Under the pieces are notes generated by a model that saw only the letters and a list, made by a program, of their open reading frames with translations, did no database searches and had not been told where the DNA came from. Source: a virus (taxonomy: Duplodnaviria; Caudoviricetes). From it: a DNA stretch of 64,000 nucleotides. Position numbers and translations under genes: made by a program. Positions 19,270 through 28,214 of this stretch are shown here, piece by piece. Each line of letters begins with the position of its first letter. Position 1 is the stretch's first letter. The DNA lies in IMG/VR virus record IMGVR_UViG_2522572099_000001, positions 8,283 to 72,282 of that record. The stretch is one strand, 5' to 3'.

Positions 19270-19298
19270 AACTTAGTACGTAACCGAAATGGTTACAA
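19270..19298 (-). promoter_or_regulatory. Promoter TTGTAA-N17-TAAGTT with perfect operator (19280-19296)
   Basis: Same architecture as 23952 and 26831. Confidence 0.8.
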
Positions 19299-19344
19299 GT
19301 GGTGCCAGGAATAAAAAGCCGAATATTTTCCGCTGCTTATGTCG

Positions 19345-19941
19345 TCAGAGAACCGGCTGGAACCGGCCCTTGAGGACTTCGGCGGAGATCGAGCGCTTGT
19401 CGTCGCCGCGCTGGATCTGCGCCTGGTCCGGATTCTCCGGATCGAAGCCGATCACCTTCCAGAGATTGCCGTCGCCGTCTGGCGCCTCGGCGCCGATATA
19501 GAGGGTGACGTCCAAGGGCTCCGGCTTGGCCTGCTTGCGATATTGCGCAGGCAGCTTCGGATGCTGCCACGCACAACCCTGGTCTTCCAGGCCATATTCA
19601 AACACCTCGATGCCGAGCTGTTCCTTGAGCCACACCGAGATGTAGGCGCGGTGGCAATATTTGTTGTCCGTCGGCGCCTCGTAGCATAGCAGCGCCGCGT
19701 CCTTGCCCGCCGAGAGGTCTTCGATCTTGGCCACCACCTTGCGGGCATCGAGGCGGGCCAGTCCGTCGAAATAGAGCTGCTTGTAATCGCGGTCGCTGGC
19801 GGTGGAAAACCAAGGTCCTGGTGCGAGTTCCGCCATCTTACGGAACCCTGCCGGATATCCGCGAGGCGTGCCCCTGGAAACCCCGATTTTTTGGATCGTG
19901 GTGGGTAGGGGATGGAACCAGCTCGAAGTGAAAATGCGCAT
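19345..19941 (-). CDS. DUF488-family protein
   Basis: IFTSSW...GVSRGTP...LAPGPW...LLCYE...CHR. Confidence 0.75.
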   Translation of the reverse strand: MRIFTSSWFHPLPTTIQKIGVSRGTPRGYPAGFRKMAELAPGPWFSTASDRDYKQLYFDGLARLDARKVVAKIEDLSAGKDAALLCYEAPTDNKYCHRAYISVWLKEQLGIEVFEYGLEDQGCAWQHPKLPAQYRKQAKPEPLDVTLYIGAEAPDGDGNLWKVIGFDPENPDQAQIQRGDDKRSISAEVLKGRFQPVL

Positions 19942-20048
19942 CTTGTGTCTCTTTCCGTGGTAAGGGTTTGGACAGGTCAAATCATAACTTTTGAGGACTT
20001 CCGCGGCAACCAAAATGAACCCATGTGTTGCCGTTTTGGTGCGTTGCT

Positions 20049-20498
20049 CTAGCCGTACATCTGCATTACGTATGGGTTCTCTCTTGCGCTTCCGGGCGCG
20101 ATTCCGTGGTAGGTATCGAGAGGAAGGCCGGCCAGGGGCAACCCGGTCGGCCTTTGAAATCTGCGGCGCGGCAGGCTTTCGAACGTGCGCTGCTCGGGCC
20201 AGTTCATCCAGATCGAAATCGCCTCGAAGCTGAGCCAGCGCGGCAGGCTCTTGAAGTCGCCGGTCAGCGAGCGGCCGCAGAGAAAGCCGTTGCCGGCGAA
20301 CTCCGGCCCGTCGGGGAAGAACCGAAACGTCGTCTTCGCCGCCTCGCCGGTGATCCACACATCGAGATCATGCGTGAGCTCGACCCGCTCGGGGAAGGCG
20401 CAGCGCAACATGCCGCCGATGAACTCGTCGCCGAATTTGTGCGGCGTGGCGAGGTCGAAGACGCGTCTGAGGCGGGAATCGATCATTATAAAACGCAT
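20049..20498 (-). CDS. Hypothetical protein (DUF3846-like)
   Basis: DVWITGE...FAGNGFLCG; AAGGA RBS. Confidence 0.5.
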   Translation of the reverse strand: MRFIMIDSRLRRVFDLATPHKFGDEFIGGMLRCAFPERVELTHDLDVWITGEAAKTTFRFFPDGPEFAGNGFLCGRSLTGDFKSLPRWLSFEAISIWMNWPEQRTFESLPRRRFQRPTGLPLAGLPLDTYHGIAPGSARENPYVMQMYG

Positions 20499-20800
20499 GG
20501 CATAAGGTTCCTTTCGTGGATCCGGTTTTCGATGACGGGCGCCTTCTCGGCTTCCCAGATTTCCAACCACCAGGACGCCAGCTCGGCGTGGTAGCGATGG
20601 TCTTGCGGCCGGCGCCGCGGCATCGTCACTTCCCGCTGGATCCAGTCGAGCCTGGCCTTGACTGTGGGGAGGTAGAGCATCATCCGGAAGGCGTCCGCGA
20701 GACGCATGTCGAGGGCATAGTTGCTGGTCGGACCGAGCGGGGAGATGTCGCAATGCCACGACGACCAAGTGTCCAGCGCGTCGTTGATGCCGGCGGTCAT
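20486..20800 (-). CDS. Hypothetical protein
   Basis: ATGA-coupled ORF. Confidence 0.55.
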   Translation of the reverse strand: MTAGINDALDTWSSWHCDISPLGPTSNYALDMRLADAFRMMLYLPTVKARLDWIQREVTMPRRRPQDHRYHAELASWWLEIWEAEKAPVIENRIHERNLMPCVL

Positions 20801-21279
20801 GACACCGCCTTCATGCCGGGATGGAACGGCTGCTCGAAAGCCATCTTCGCGAAGGCCGCGCGGATTTCCTCCGTCACGATCTCCACCGTTGGCTGGTCGC
20901 CCTTGCCGAGATATTCTTTTGCCAGCGCGTCCGCCGCGCCGACTGGACCCATGGGGCCAAGCACGGGATGATCCTTCATCTGGAAGTCGCCGCGATCCCA
21001 ACTCTCGGTGACGCGACGGCGGCCAATGACAAGCGCCCTCTCCATGGTCATGTCGACGAAGATGCGCATCCCGACGGGGGGGACGAAATTGGGCACGAAT
21101 GCATCCTCGTGCCAGTCAGCGTGGCGGAGGAGGTCCTTGCCGTTCCGCGACTTCACACCGAAGGGGGTAACGCCGTCTCGGCTGTTCCAAATCCATTCGA
21201 TCTCGCCGGCCTCACTGGTGTACTTCATCAACGAGTAGGCTTCGGCGCTTCTGCGGGTAACTTGGCGTGTGGTGGGCAT
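20797..21279 (-). CDS. Conserved phage protein (EWIWNSRDGVTPF)
   Basis: Leader motif and operator-promoter upstream. Confidence 0.75.
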   Translation of the reverse strand: MPTTRQVTRRSAEAYSLMKYTSEAGEIEWIWNSRDGVTPFGVKSRNGKDLLRHADWHEDAFVPNFVPPVGMRIFVDMTMERALVIGRRRVTESWDRGDFQMKDHPVLGPMGPVGAADALAKEYLGKGDQPTVEIVTEEIRAAFAKMAFEQPFHPGMKAVS

Positions 21280-21307
21280 TTCGTCGGTTCTCCGTGGTAT
21301 GGTTGAA

Positions 21308-21336
21308 AACGTACAGTGTAACCAAAATGGTTACAA
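21308..21336 (-). promoter_or_regulatory. Promoter TTGTAA-N17-TACGTT with perfect operator (21318-21334)
   Basis: Repeated architecture. Confidence 0.75.
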
Positions 21337-21346
21337 TAGGGTCAAG

Positions 21347-22918
21347 CTAAAAGTGATTGCGCCTGCCGTCCTTCCAGAGCTTGACGGTGATCGTGTTGAC
21401 GTAGGTTCCGACCTCGGCGAACGAGCCGGCCGGCAGATCGCGGAATTGCCCCTTCATCTTCTCGATGAGGGCGCGGAACGCGATCGCCTTCCTGGTCTCG
21501 CGGAACTCGGTCCCGGCCGACATGATCGCGGCCAGGCAGCCATCGGGCTTGAGGAAATCGAGCGCATGGACGACGTGGTCGATATCGCGCTCCAAGTCGA
21601 AGGGCGGGTTCATGACGATGCGATCGTAGAGGCCGGTGACCGACGGGCGCAGCGACAGGAAATCGGTGGCGTAGACCTTGCGGTAGAGCCCCTGTGCCTG
21701 GAGGGCGCCGGCCAGCGCCGGCTGCAGTTCGACGCAATCGACATGGTTGTCGAAGCGATACTCTTTGCGCCAGCGCTCCATCTTGTCGGCTTGTCCGTAG
21801 CCGCAATGGTCGGAGAAATCCTTGATGCTGGAGAGGCAGCGCCGCGCCAGATTGCCGGTGCCGGCGCTCGGCTCGAGGACTGTCAGACGTGGCTGGTCGG
21901 CCGGCTGCGTGAGCGGGATCCCCTTCAAGATCTCGTGCGCTGCGCCGTCGGGCGTCGGGAAGAAGCCGAAGTTCCTGGCCGGCGTGGTCTTGCGGTTGCG
22001 GAACAGGTCGTCCGGCTCTTTGGTCATGCCGTCGCCGATCACTTCGCCGTAATATTCGGCCAGCATCTTGTTGACCTTCTCGACCAGGTCGTCGCGGGTA
22101 AACCACAGATGGGCGTTGCCGTTCTTATAGGCTACCACCTTGAAATAATCGCCGTGATGCTCGGATTGCTGTGGCTGATAGCCCCGACGCTCGGCTCGCA
22201 CCTGGTTCTCGATGCTGTTGTACGTCGGCCTCTTGCCGTCGAGGACAGAGAACGTCCGCTCGATGTCGCGCACGGTCTCCCATGTCCCGCCCCACGATAT
22301 AGTCCCGCTGTCGCGGTCAAAGGCGTAGGTCAGGATCATTCGGCTCCCGACCTTGAAACCGTCGTGCGAGCGGAACCGGCGGTCGAGATTGGAAAAGGCA
22401 GTGGCTATGCCGCGCCGGAAAATCATCTCGGACTCGCCGGCCCACTTGTCGATCGTGGCGTAGACGTTGTCGACAGTGACCGGCGGGATCCCCATGATCT
22501 CGTCGAGATTGACCAACTCCTTGCCGTCGCCGTGGCGATGATCGTAGCGCTCCGGCACCCATTTCAGCGTGTCGCACAGCTCGTCCTTGGCCTGCTTGTC
22601 CATCAGGACTTCGAGGTCCGTCATCTTGACGAGATAGTTCCAGCACGAGATGTCGATAAGGCGGATCGCCGTGCGCTTCCATTGTTCGGCTTCGGGGAGG
22701 TTGACGGCTTCGAAGAACGCCTTGATTTCCCGGTTGTCGCGGTCGCCGTAGCGAGAGCATGCGTGTTCGCCGGCGGCGACTTTCCAGAGCGATGCAGCCT
22801 TCCTCAACTCTCCATCGCACTGCTCAAGGGAGGCGAATGCGCCGTGATAGGCGGCCACTGCGGCATCGCGATAAGCGACGATCTGCTCGACCGTATTGCG
22901 GGGAATGAGCGCGTTCAT
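21347..22918 (-). CDS. DUF4942-type protein fused to SAM-dependent DNA amino-methyltransferase
   Basis: FRSHDGFKVG.R.I, YKNGNAHLWF; FFPTP, VLEPSAGTG, IVMNPPF. Confidence 0.85.
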   Translation of the reverse strand: MNALIPRNTVEQIVAYRDAAVAAYHGAFASLEQCDGELRKAASLWKVAAGEHACSRYGDRDNREIKAFFEAVNLPEAEQWKRTAIRLIDISCWNYLVKMTDLEVLMDKQAKDELCDTLKWVPERYDHRHGDGKELVNLDEIMGIPPVTVDNVYATIDKWAGESEMIFRRGIATAFSNLDRRFRSHDGFKVGSRMILTYAFDRDSGTISWGGTWETVRDIERTFSVLDGKRPTYNSIENQVRAERRGYQPQQSEHHGDYFKVVAYKNGNAHLWFTRDDLVEKVNKMLAEYYGEVIGDGMTKEPDDLFRNRKTTPARNFGFFPTPDGAAHEILKGIPLTQPADQPRLTVLEPSAGTGNLARRCLSSIKDFSDHCGYGQADKMERWRKEYRFDNHVDCVELQPALAGALQAQGLYRKVYATDFLSLRPSVTGLYDRIVMNPPFDLERDIDHVVHALDFLKPDGCLAAIMSAGTEFRETRKAIAFRALIEKMKGQFRDLPAGSFAEVGTYVNTITVKLWKDGRRNHF

Positions 22919-23142
22919 TCGCCACCTCGGCACCGCGATTGTCCAAGGTTCCGCAGCGCGTCGTTTCCCTTGTCGGTCGCCATAAGATATTCGTGTCGAA
23001 GCCAATGGGCGAGGCCGAGCGCTACCAAGCGCAATGCCGGTCTGCTTTTCTGCACGGCCCTCACGCCGTCAGTTGCTTCGATCAACAGCCACCATTGGGC
23101 GCGGGTTAGGTCGCTGGTTTTCATCACTTTGGTCGTCTGCAT
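22915..23142 (-). CDS. Small winged-helix-like protein
   Basis: Leader motif upstream; LVALGLA...ATDKG. Confidence 0.65.
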   Translation of the reverse strand: MQTTKVMKTSDLTRAQWWLLIEATDGVRAVQKSRPALRLVALGLAHWLRHEYLMATDKGNDALRNLGQSRCRGGE

Positions 23143-23212
23143 TGGTCTGGTCTCCGTGGTACGGGTTGGCGGGCGACGGGAACGACCCGCCGCCCTATCG
23201 AAAGGGTTGGTT

Positions 23213-23374
23213 TCAGGCCGAAGCCCTTGGCGTCATCGCCCCTCCCTCGCTCGTTTCGGTGAAATCCTCATCGTTGCGGCGAGGCCGGGAGACGCGCTCC
23301 CGGCAGGACGGACAGCGGCAGTCTTCGCTGTCATCGAAGGGGAAGGGCGAGAGGCAGTCGTCGCAGTAGGGCAT
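23213..23374 (-). CDS. 53-aa Zn-ribbon protein
   Basis: CDDC...CPSC; GAGG RBS. Confidence 0.55.
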   Translation of the reverse strand: MPYCDDCLSPFPFDDSEDCRCPSCRERVSRPRRNDEDFTETSEGGAMTPRASA

Positions 23375-23382
23375 CGCCAGCC

Positions 23383-23724
23383 TCAATCCATGTTGCAGTG
23401 AACGAGCGCGGTCGCGTAGTCGACGCCGGTTTCCTCGGCGTAGACAGCGGCCTGATCGCCGGGGCGGTTGGCGGCGAACCGCGCCTCGGGCTCGAAAGCG
23501 TTGCACATCGTCAGCAGCAGCTCAGCGTCGTGCTTGTTCTGGATGCCATGGCAGAGCACGACGTCGCAGCCGCCGACCTGGTTGGTCTTGCGATAGATCG
23601 AGTAAGGCCAGCCGGCGTCGGATTCGTGCAGGTGCTCGCCGTTGTCGCCTTCCGAGCCGATGAAAAAGCCCGGCTCGAAGCTGCCTTCTGTACGCCAATT
23701 CAAGATTGCATTGTGGGAGGCCAT
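23383..23724 (-). CDS. Hypothetical protein
   Basis: AGGA RBS. Confidence 0.65.
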   Translation of the reverse strand: MASHNAILNWRTEGSFEPGFFIGSEGDNGEHLHESDAGWPYSIYRKTNQVGGCDVVLCHGIQNKHDAELLLTMCNAFEPEARFAANRPGDQAAVYAEETGVDYATALVHCNMD

Positions 23725-23728
23725 TTTC

Positions 23729-23911
23729 CTACTCCGCGAGTTCGCGGGAGGCCCGCTGCTGATAAGCGATGATGCTTGCCTCGACCGGCTGCATTTTCCA
23801 TTCCGCCATGAGTTTTATGGCGAGCGAGTGCGGCGCCGAGCCACCACCACTCGGTGTGCAGGCCAGGAGCGAGGTGAGAAGAATTTGCTTCTCGTTGTTG
23901 CTGAGGTCCAT
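23729..23911 (-). CDS. 60-aa hypothetical protein
   Basis: Leader motif TACCACGGAGA before ATG. Confidence 0.6.
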   Translation of the reverse strand: MDLSNNEKQILLTSLLACTPSGGGSAPHSLAIKLMAEWKMQPVEASIIAYQQRASRELAE

Positions 23912-23951
23912 GTTTGGTCTCCGTGGTAGCGAATTTCTTAGTAACCACAAC

Positions 23952-23980
23952 AACTTAGCATGTAACCAATCTGGTTACAA
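23952..23980 (-). promoter_or_regulatory. Promoter TTGTAA-N17-TAAGTT with perfect operator (23962-23978)
   Basis: Extended -10 TGn present. Confidence 0.8.
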
Positions 23981-24012
23981 GTAGGTGACGCTAAAAGATG
24001 AACGCCAGCTGG

Positions 24013-24369
24013 TCATGCCTTCAAGGTAGACAGCCGTGCCCGCGCCGCGTCATAGGTCGCGCGATCAATGCCGCCCTCGTGGAGCGCCCTTCGCTGGGCG
24101 GCGCGGTCGCCAAAGCCAAGCAGGTAGAGCCGGCAATCGAACGTCTTGCAGATCGCCGGCGCCCGGTCGTGGATGGTGCAGCCTGCTTTGCCGAGATAGA
24201 CGCAGGCGCCGTCCGCGTTCTGGCGGACGGCAAAGCCGCTCTTGCCCGTGATCGGATTAAGGGCCGGCAGCGCATCGTAGGCCGCAACGATGTCGCCATG
24301 CTCGGGGAACAGGAAGATCAGTTCCTTCCGGCAGCAGACGGTGCAGCCATTGCACGGTACGCTAGCCAT
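24013..24369 (-). CDS. YkgJ-family CxxCxxCC cysteine-cluster protein
   Basis: CNGCTVCC...CVYL...CTIH.RAP.IC..FDC. Confidence 0.85.
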   Translation of the reverse strand: MASVPCNGCTVCCRKELIFLFPEHGDIVAAYDALPALNPITGKSGFAVRQNADGACVYLGKAGCTIHDRAPAICKTFDCRLYLLGFGDRAAQRRALHEGGIDRATYDAARARLSTLKA

Positions 24370-24664
24370 TGGTCGCTCCCTGATGCTTGGACGCGTCCAA
24401 ATGCGCAGGAGCCTCGCAAGCATCATGGCAATCGCCGTTGTTGCCGAGACATTCAGGATCGCCCTTGGGGCAGCCATCATCTTCGGCCGCTTCATCGATC
24501 TCGGCCAGGTCGATCTTGGTCTCGTTGCCGGCCTCGTCGACCATCGTGAAGACGCTCGCGGTCGAATGCGGCTTGCGAAGGACATCCCAGGCCCAGCGGG
24601 CGGCGGCTTCGGGATCGCCTTCGCCCTCGTAGTCGATCTCCCATGTGACGAGATAGCGGGGCAT
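24362..24664 (-). CDS. Hypothetical protein (YLVTWEID motif)
   Basis: GGAGG RBS; coupled ORF. Confidence 0.65.
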   Translation of the reverse strand: MPRYLVTWEIDYEGEGDPEAAARWAWDVLRKPHSTASVFTMVDEAGNETKIDLAEIDEAAEDDGCPKGDPECLGNNGDCHDACEAPAHLDASKHQGATNG

Positions 24665-25092
24665 CACGCTGCCTCCGCGTCGGTGCCGTCGATCTCGGCG
24701 AGGAGCTTTCGGGCTGCTTCGCGCTCGCCATGATCGGCCCAGCCGCTGCGTGTGGCCATCTCGTCCACCTGGCGCAGGAGGTCGCGAAGGCGCGTCTCGA
24801 GCTCGGCGGCTTTCCAGATCGCGCCCTCGGCGCATTCCTGGCATTCGCCGCCGAAGATCGTTTTGCCGGTCCAGTTGTCGACATGCTCGTAATCGGCGCA
24901 CGATTCAGCGATAGCCTCCTCGTCGTCGTCGGCATCGCAATGGTTCGCGATATGGTTTTCCCGCATGTCGGCGCGCGCCTTTTCCTCGGCTTCCTCGTAG
25001 CTGGCGGCGCGCACCACCGTTCCGTAATTGCCCTGGTCGTCGTCGTTGTCAGCCCATTTGATGAGAACGGAATAGGTCTTGAGGTCGCTCAT
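24664..25092 (-). CDS. Acidic hypothetical protein
   Basis: TGATG coupling. Confidence 0.65.
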   Translation of the reverse strand: MSDLKTYSVLIKWADNDDDQGNYGTVVRAASYEEAEEKARADMRENHIANHCDADDDEEAIAESCADYEHVDNWTGKTIFGGECQECAEGAIWKAAELETRLRDLLRQVDEMATRSGWADHGEREAARKLLAEIDGTDAEAA

Positions 25093-25310
25093 CAAACAGC
25101 CTCCCCATCGATCTCGATCAACTCGTTGTTCGCGGGCTCGTCCAGTGAAACCTCGCAAAGGATCGGATCGCCGTTCGGCCACGCGCCGAGGTTCGCGGAG
25201 TTGCCGTCGATATGCTCCTTCATCATCGCGCTGGCATGCTCCTCGCTGTCTGCGCGGAACCGGATCGAGGCGAACAGCTTCACGTCGAACATGTACTCGT
25301 GCTTGCCCAT
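25092..25310 (-). CDS. 72-aa hypothetical protein
   Basis: TGATG coupling. Confidence 0.6.
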   Translation of the reverse strand: MGKHEYMFDVKLFASIRFRADSEEHASAMMKEHIDGNSANLGAWPNGDPILCEVSLDEPANNELIEIDGEAV

Positions 25311-25564
25311 CACGCACCGCCTTTCGCAAGCTGGGCGATCAGCGCATCGGCAATCCGGCACGCTTCCCGAACGCCAGCTGAGAGGTACTCGTCGCCTGTG
25401 TGGCCGTATCGGACCATGTCCGACCGGGCTCCGGACAAGGCGTGAGGGAGCGCTTTCCCCGCGAAATAGGCGCGAAGCGACATGCCGCCTTCGGAAACCG
25501 CCACTTCGCAGACCTTCATCATCGTTGGAAATGCCGGCCCGCCGTCGTTCACTTTCTCGGTCAT
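25310..25564 (-). CDS. GGPAFP-motif phage protein
   Basis: NDGGPAFP...GMSLRAYFAGKAL...IADALIAQL. Confidence 0.8.
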   Translation of the reverse strand: MTEKVNDGGPAFPTMMKVCEVAVSEGGMSLRAYFAGKALPHALSGARSDMVRYGHTGDEYLSAGVREACRIADALIAQLAKGGA

Positions 25565-25693
25565 CGTTTCTCTCCGTGGTAGTGGATGGTGCCAATTCGG
25601 TTGCAAATCTTTCTTGACAGAATGCCGGGGGGGGGGAGCAGAAAACATGCAGCCTGATTCTGCTGTGCCTTCCACCTCACCCCCCGAGTCTGA

Positions 25694-26416
25694 TCAGCCA
25701 GTGATGGCGCGCGTTCCTGCGCCGTTGTTCACCGGGCGATTGAACGTTGCGCGGTCGCCGGCTGCGACGCCGGCCGCGAAGGCACCGCTGTTGCCCTTCA
25801 TTCCGTGCGAATGCGAGCCGGAGCGAAGATTCATGCCGAGCTGGCCGAAGGCCCTGTTGACCAGCGCCATCTTGACGATGACCAGCGACTTGCCGCGACC
25901 GTTCGGGCGGGCCTGCTGCTCGCGTTCGTCAGCCAGGCGGTGAAGGCGCTCATTCATGCGGCTGATGCAGCCGACCATAAAACCCTTCTGGACGTCCCAA
26001 GGGCCGGCGCCGGCGCGGTTGTAGCGCTCGGTCATGAACTTGACGGTCTGGTTGCGGACGAACAGGTCGAGGCTCTCGATCAGCCAGATGGCGAACTGCC
26101 GGTCCTGCTCGGTGCCGAAGAACGTCATCGTGTCTTCCTTGCGCGAGAGCCAGACCTTGCAGTCGCAGTAGCGGCCGACTTCCAGCGCCAGATGATCCTT
26201 GATCACGTAGGTCTTGAAGTTGTCGCGCTTGACCTTCTGAGCCGCGATCGTCTCTGCGTCGAGCTCGATCTGGTCCTTGGTGAGGCCGTATTTGTCCATG
26301 AGTTCGCGGGCCTTGGCCATTGCCTCGAAAGCCTCGGCTTCGGTGGCGCCGGCATCGGTCGTCTTGGCGAGCAAAGCCTTGATTTTCGCTGCCATCTTCT
26401 TCTGTTGAGCGGTCAT
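25694..26416 (-). CDS. DUF2786-domain protein
   Basis: KIKALLAKT...TEAEA..AMAKARELMDKYGL. Confidence 0.8.
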   Translation of the reverse strand: MTAQQKKMAAKIKALLAKTTDAGATEAEAFEAMAKARELMDKYGLTKDQIELDAETIAAQKVKRDNFKTYVIKDHLALEVGRYCDCKVWLSRKEDTMTFFGTEQDRQFAIWLIESLDLFVRNQTVKFMTERYNRAGAGPWDVQKGFMVGCISRMNERLHRLADEREQQARPNGRGKSLVIVKMALVNRAFGQLGMNLRSGSHSHGMKGNSGAFAAGVAAGDRATFNRPVNNGAGTRAITG

Positions 26417-26485
26417 TTCAGGTCTCCGTGGTAGGGTTGGTTGCGCGTAACCATTTTGGTTACAAAGCGGGCGAAGTAAAGGGAA

Positions 26486-26791
26486 TTATTCGGCGAAGGC
26501 CACAAAGCCAGCGTCTGCAAGCTGGCGCCAGAATTCGCGGCACTGCTCGCGGGTGAAAATGCCGCTTGGCTCGTCCTCGCACCGCCAGTTCGTGGAACGG
26601 ACGATCATGTGCTCCTGGTCATCCTCCAACTCGGTGAAATACACCGCCACCAGGAAGCCATCATGTGGGGACCTGAGCTGGTGGCATGTGCCCTGGGTCT
26701 GTTTGAGACCGAAGAGGGAGCTACCGGTTCTGCGATGACGCCAGCCGCTAACCATCCGGCTATGCGCTGAGTGCTTTTGGAAATCGGTCAT
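26486..26791 (-). CDS. Hypothetical protein
   Basis: Leader motif and operator-promoter upstream. Confidence 0.65.
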   Translation of the reverse strand: MTDFQKHSAHSRMVSGWRHRRTGSSLFGLKQTQGTCHQLRSPHDGFLVAVYFTELEDDQEHMIVRSTNWRCEDEPSGIFTREQCREFWRQLADAGFVAFAE

Positions 26792-26830
26792 TTGTGTTTC
26801 TCCGTGGTAAGAAAGTTGTTTGATAACAAC

Positions 26831-26859
26831 AACTTAGATCGTAACCAGATCGGTTACAA
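26831..26859 (-). promoter_or_regulatory. Promoter TTGTAA-N17-TAAGTT with perfect operator (26841-26857) at the early/late divergence point
   Basis: Repeated architecture. Confidence 0.8.
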
Positions 26860-26897
26860 GTAAAAAGCGATCGCAGCAACAAAAATAGCGAGGCGGC

Positions 26898-28214
26898 GTG
26901 TTTCAGGGCGTTGTGCCGAAAGAGTGCATCGCGCAGATCCTTCGCGTTTCCGAGGTCGACACCTGGGGCAGGGTCTATAACTGCTGCTCGGGAACGTTCC
27001 GCTTCGAGCAGATCACGCTGGCAACGTTCCCCGGTGTCGAGATGCACTCGAACGACGTCAGCCTGTACTCCTCGGCGATCGCCGGCTATGTGCTCGGCAA
27101 TCCGCTCGACTATGAGTTTCACGGCGCGCTCGACTTCGTCAACGAGCATGATTTTCGCGAGCCGGACCAGCGCCTGGCGGCACTCGCCGTCGCCTTCAAT
27201 CTCGGCCGCTTCGTCGGCGGCAAGGCCAACGCCTACAAGACCAGCCATCGCACCCACCTGGTTGCGAACTTCGCCGGCTATGTCGAGCGCACCCTGGAGA
27301 AGGTCCGCAAGCTTCCCGGGATGATCCCGATCAAGAGCTACGCGCCGCGCGACTGGCTGCTCCACATGGAGGAGGCGATCGAGCGCAAGGCCGCCGTGTT
27401 CAGCTACCCTCCGTTTTTTTTGAACGGCTATGAAAAGATGTTCGCCTTCCTGGCCGAGAACATCAAATGGGACGCGCCGCAGTATCAGATTTTCGATCCG
27501 AAGAACCTGCGCGGCATCATCGAGCGCGTGCGCCAGGCCGGCGTGCCCTATTGCATCCTCTCCGACCAGGTCTACGAGGATCTCAAACCGGAGCTGGAGT
27601 TCATCTCCGGGCGCGGCAAGCCGCACTTCTGCTACGTCTCGACGGGCAAGTCGTCCTATCTGCAGCTGGTGCCGCGCTCAGCGCCGTTCCGCTACAAGCC
27701 TGTCGACCTTGCCAAGATCAAGCCGGATTCGGTGGTGACCATCGGCAAGGCCGACGCTGCCCAGATGACGTTTCTCAAGGACGTCTACCTGAAAAAAGGC
27801 ATCGTCCACACGCCGGGCATGGTGAACTACCTGGTCCGCGTCGACGACATGCTGGTCGGCGGGCTGATCTACAACATGGACAAGTTCACCCGGCAATCGA
27901 TCTACCTGCTTTCGGACTTCGCCATCTCGCGCGAGGGCAGACTGTCGAAGCTCGTCACCAGGCTCGCCTGCAATGGGGAACTGTTGCGCGACCTTGGGAA
28001 GCGCTTCATCGACCGTTTCGACAAGGTGCAAACCTCAGCGTTTTCGGACCATCCCGTTTCGATGAAATATCGCGGCATCTTCGAGCAAACCAAGCGCGAA
28101 GAGATCGGCGCGCCCGAAGGCAAGTTCAGGCTGCATTACGTCGGCGCCCGCATCGATGAGACGCCGCAACAAGCGTTCGAGTGGTGGTATGGCAAGCACT
28201 TCAACCGCAGTTGA
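26898..28214 (+). CDS. DNA modification protein: degenerate N6-adenine MTase domain fused to Mom-like GNAT domain
   Basis: N-term YNCCSG (motif I-like), SNDV, SYPPF (motif IV-like); C-term YL.K...YLVRVDDMLVG...YLLSDF...RLSKLV...TSAFSDHPVSMKYRG follows Mom/GNAT topology. Confidence 0.65.
   Translation: MFQGVVPKECIAQILRVSEVDTWGRVYNCCSGTFRFEQITLATFPGVEMHSNDVSLYSSAIAGYVLGNPLDYEFHGALDFVNEHDFREPDQRLAALAVAFNLGRFVGGKANAYKTSHRTHLVANFAGYVERTLEKVRKLPGMIPIKSYAPRDWLLHMEEAIERKAAVFSYPPFFLNGYEKMFAFLAENIKWDAPQYQIFDPKNLRGIIERVRQAGVPYCILSDQVYEDLKPELEFISGRGKPHFCYVSTGKSSYLQLVPRSAPFRYKPVDLAKIKPDSVVTIGKADAAQMTFLKDVYLKKGIVHTPGMVNYLVRVDDMLVGGLIYNMDKFTRQSIYLLSDFAISREGRLSKLVTRLACNGELLRDLGKRFIDRFDKVQTSAFSDHPVSMKYRGIFEQTKREEIGAPEGKFRLHYVGARIDETPQQAFEWWYGKHFNRS

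Noticed and set aside
21269-23401. 710-aa plus-strand ORF
   Set aside because: Antisense shadow of the DUF4942-MTase gene, typical of GC-rich DNA; same for 29514-31424, 35199-36731 and 38003-39304
19263-26836. IHF-like sites (ATCAATAACTTA, AACAACAACTTA) beside operators
   Set aside because: The shared AACTTA is explained as the reverse-strand -10 element at exact 17-bp spacing; a dual role cannot be excluded
19066-26859. CRISPR array or integron attC array from the repeated motifs
   Set aside because: Repeats are short and kb-spaced with genes between; no cas gene or integron integrase
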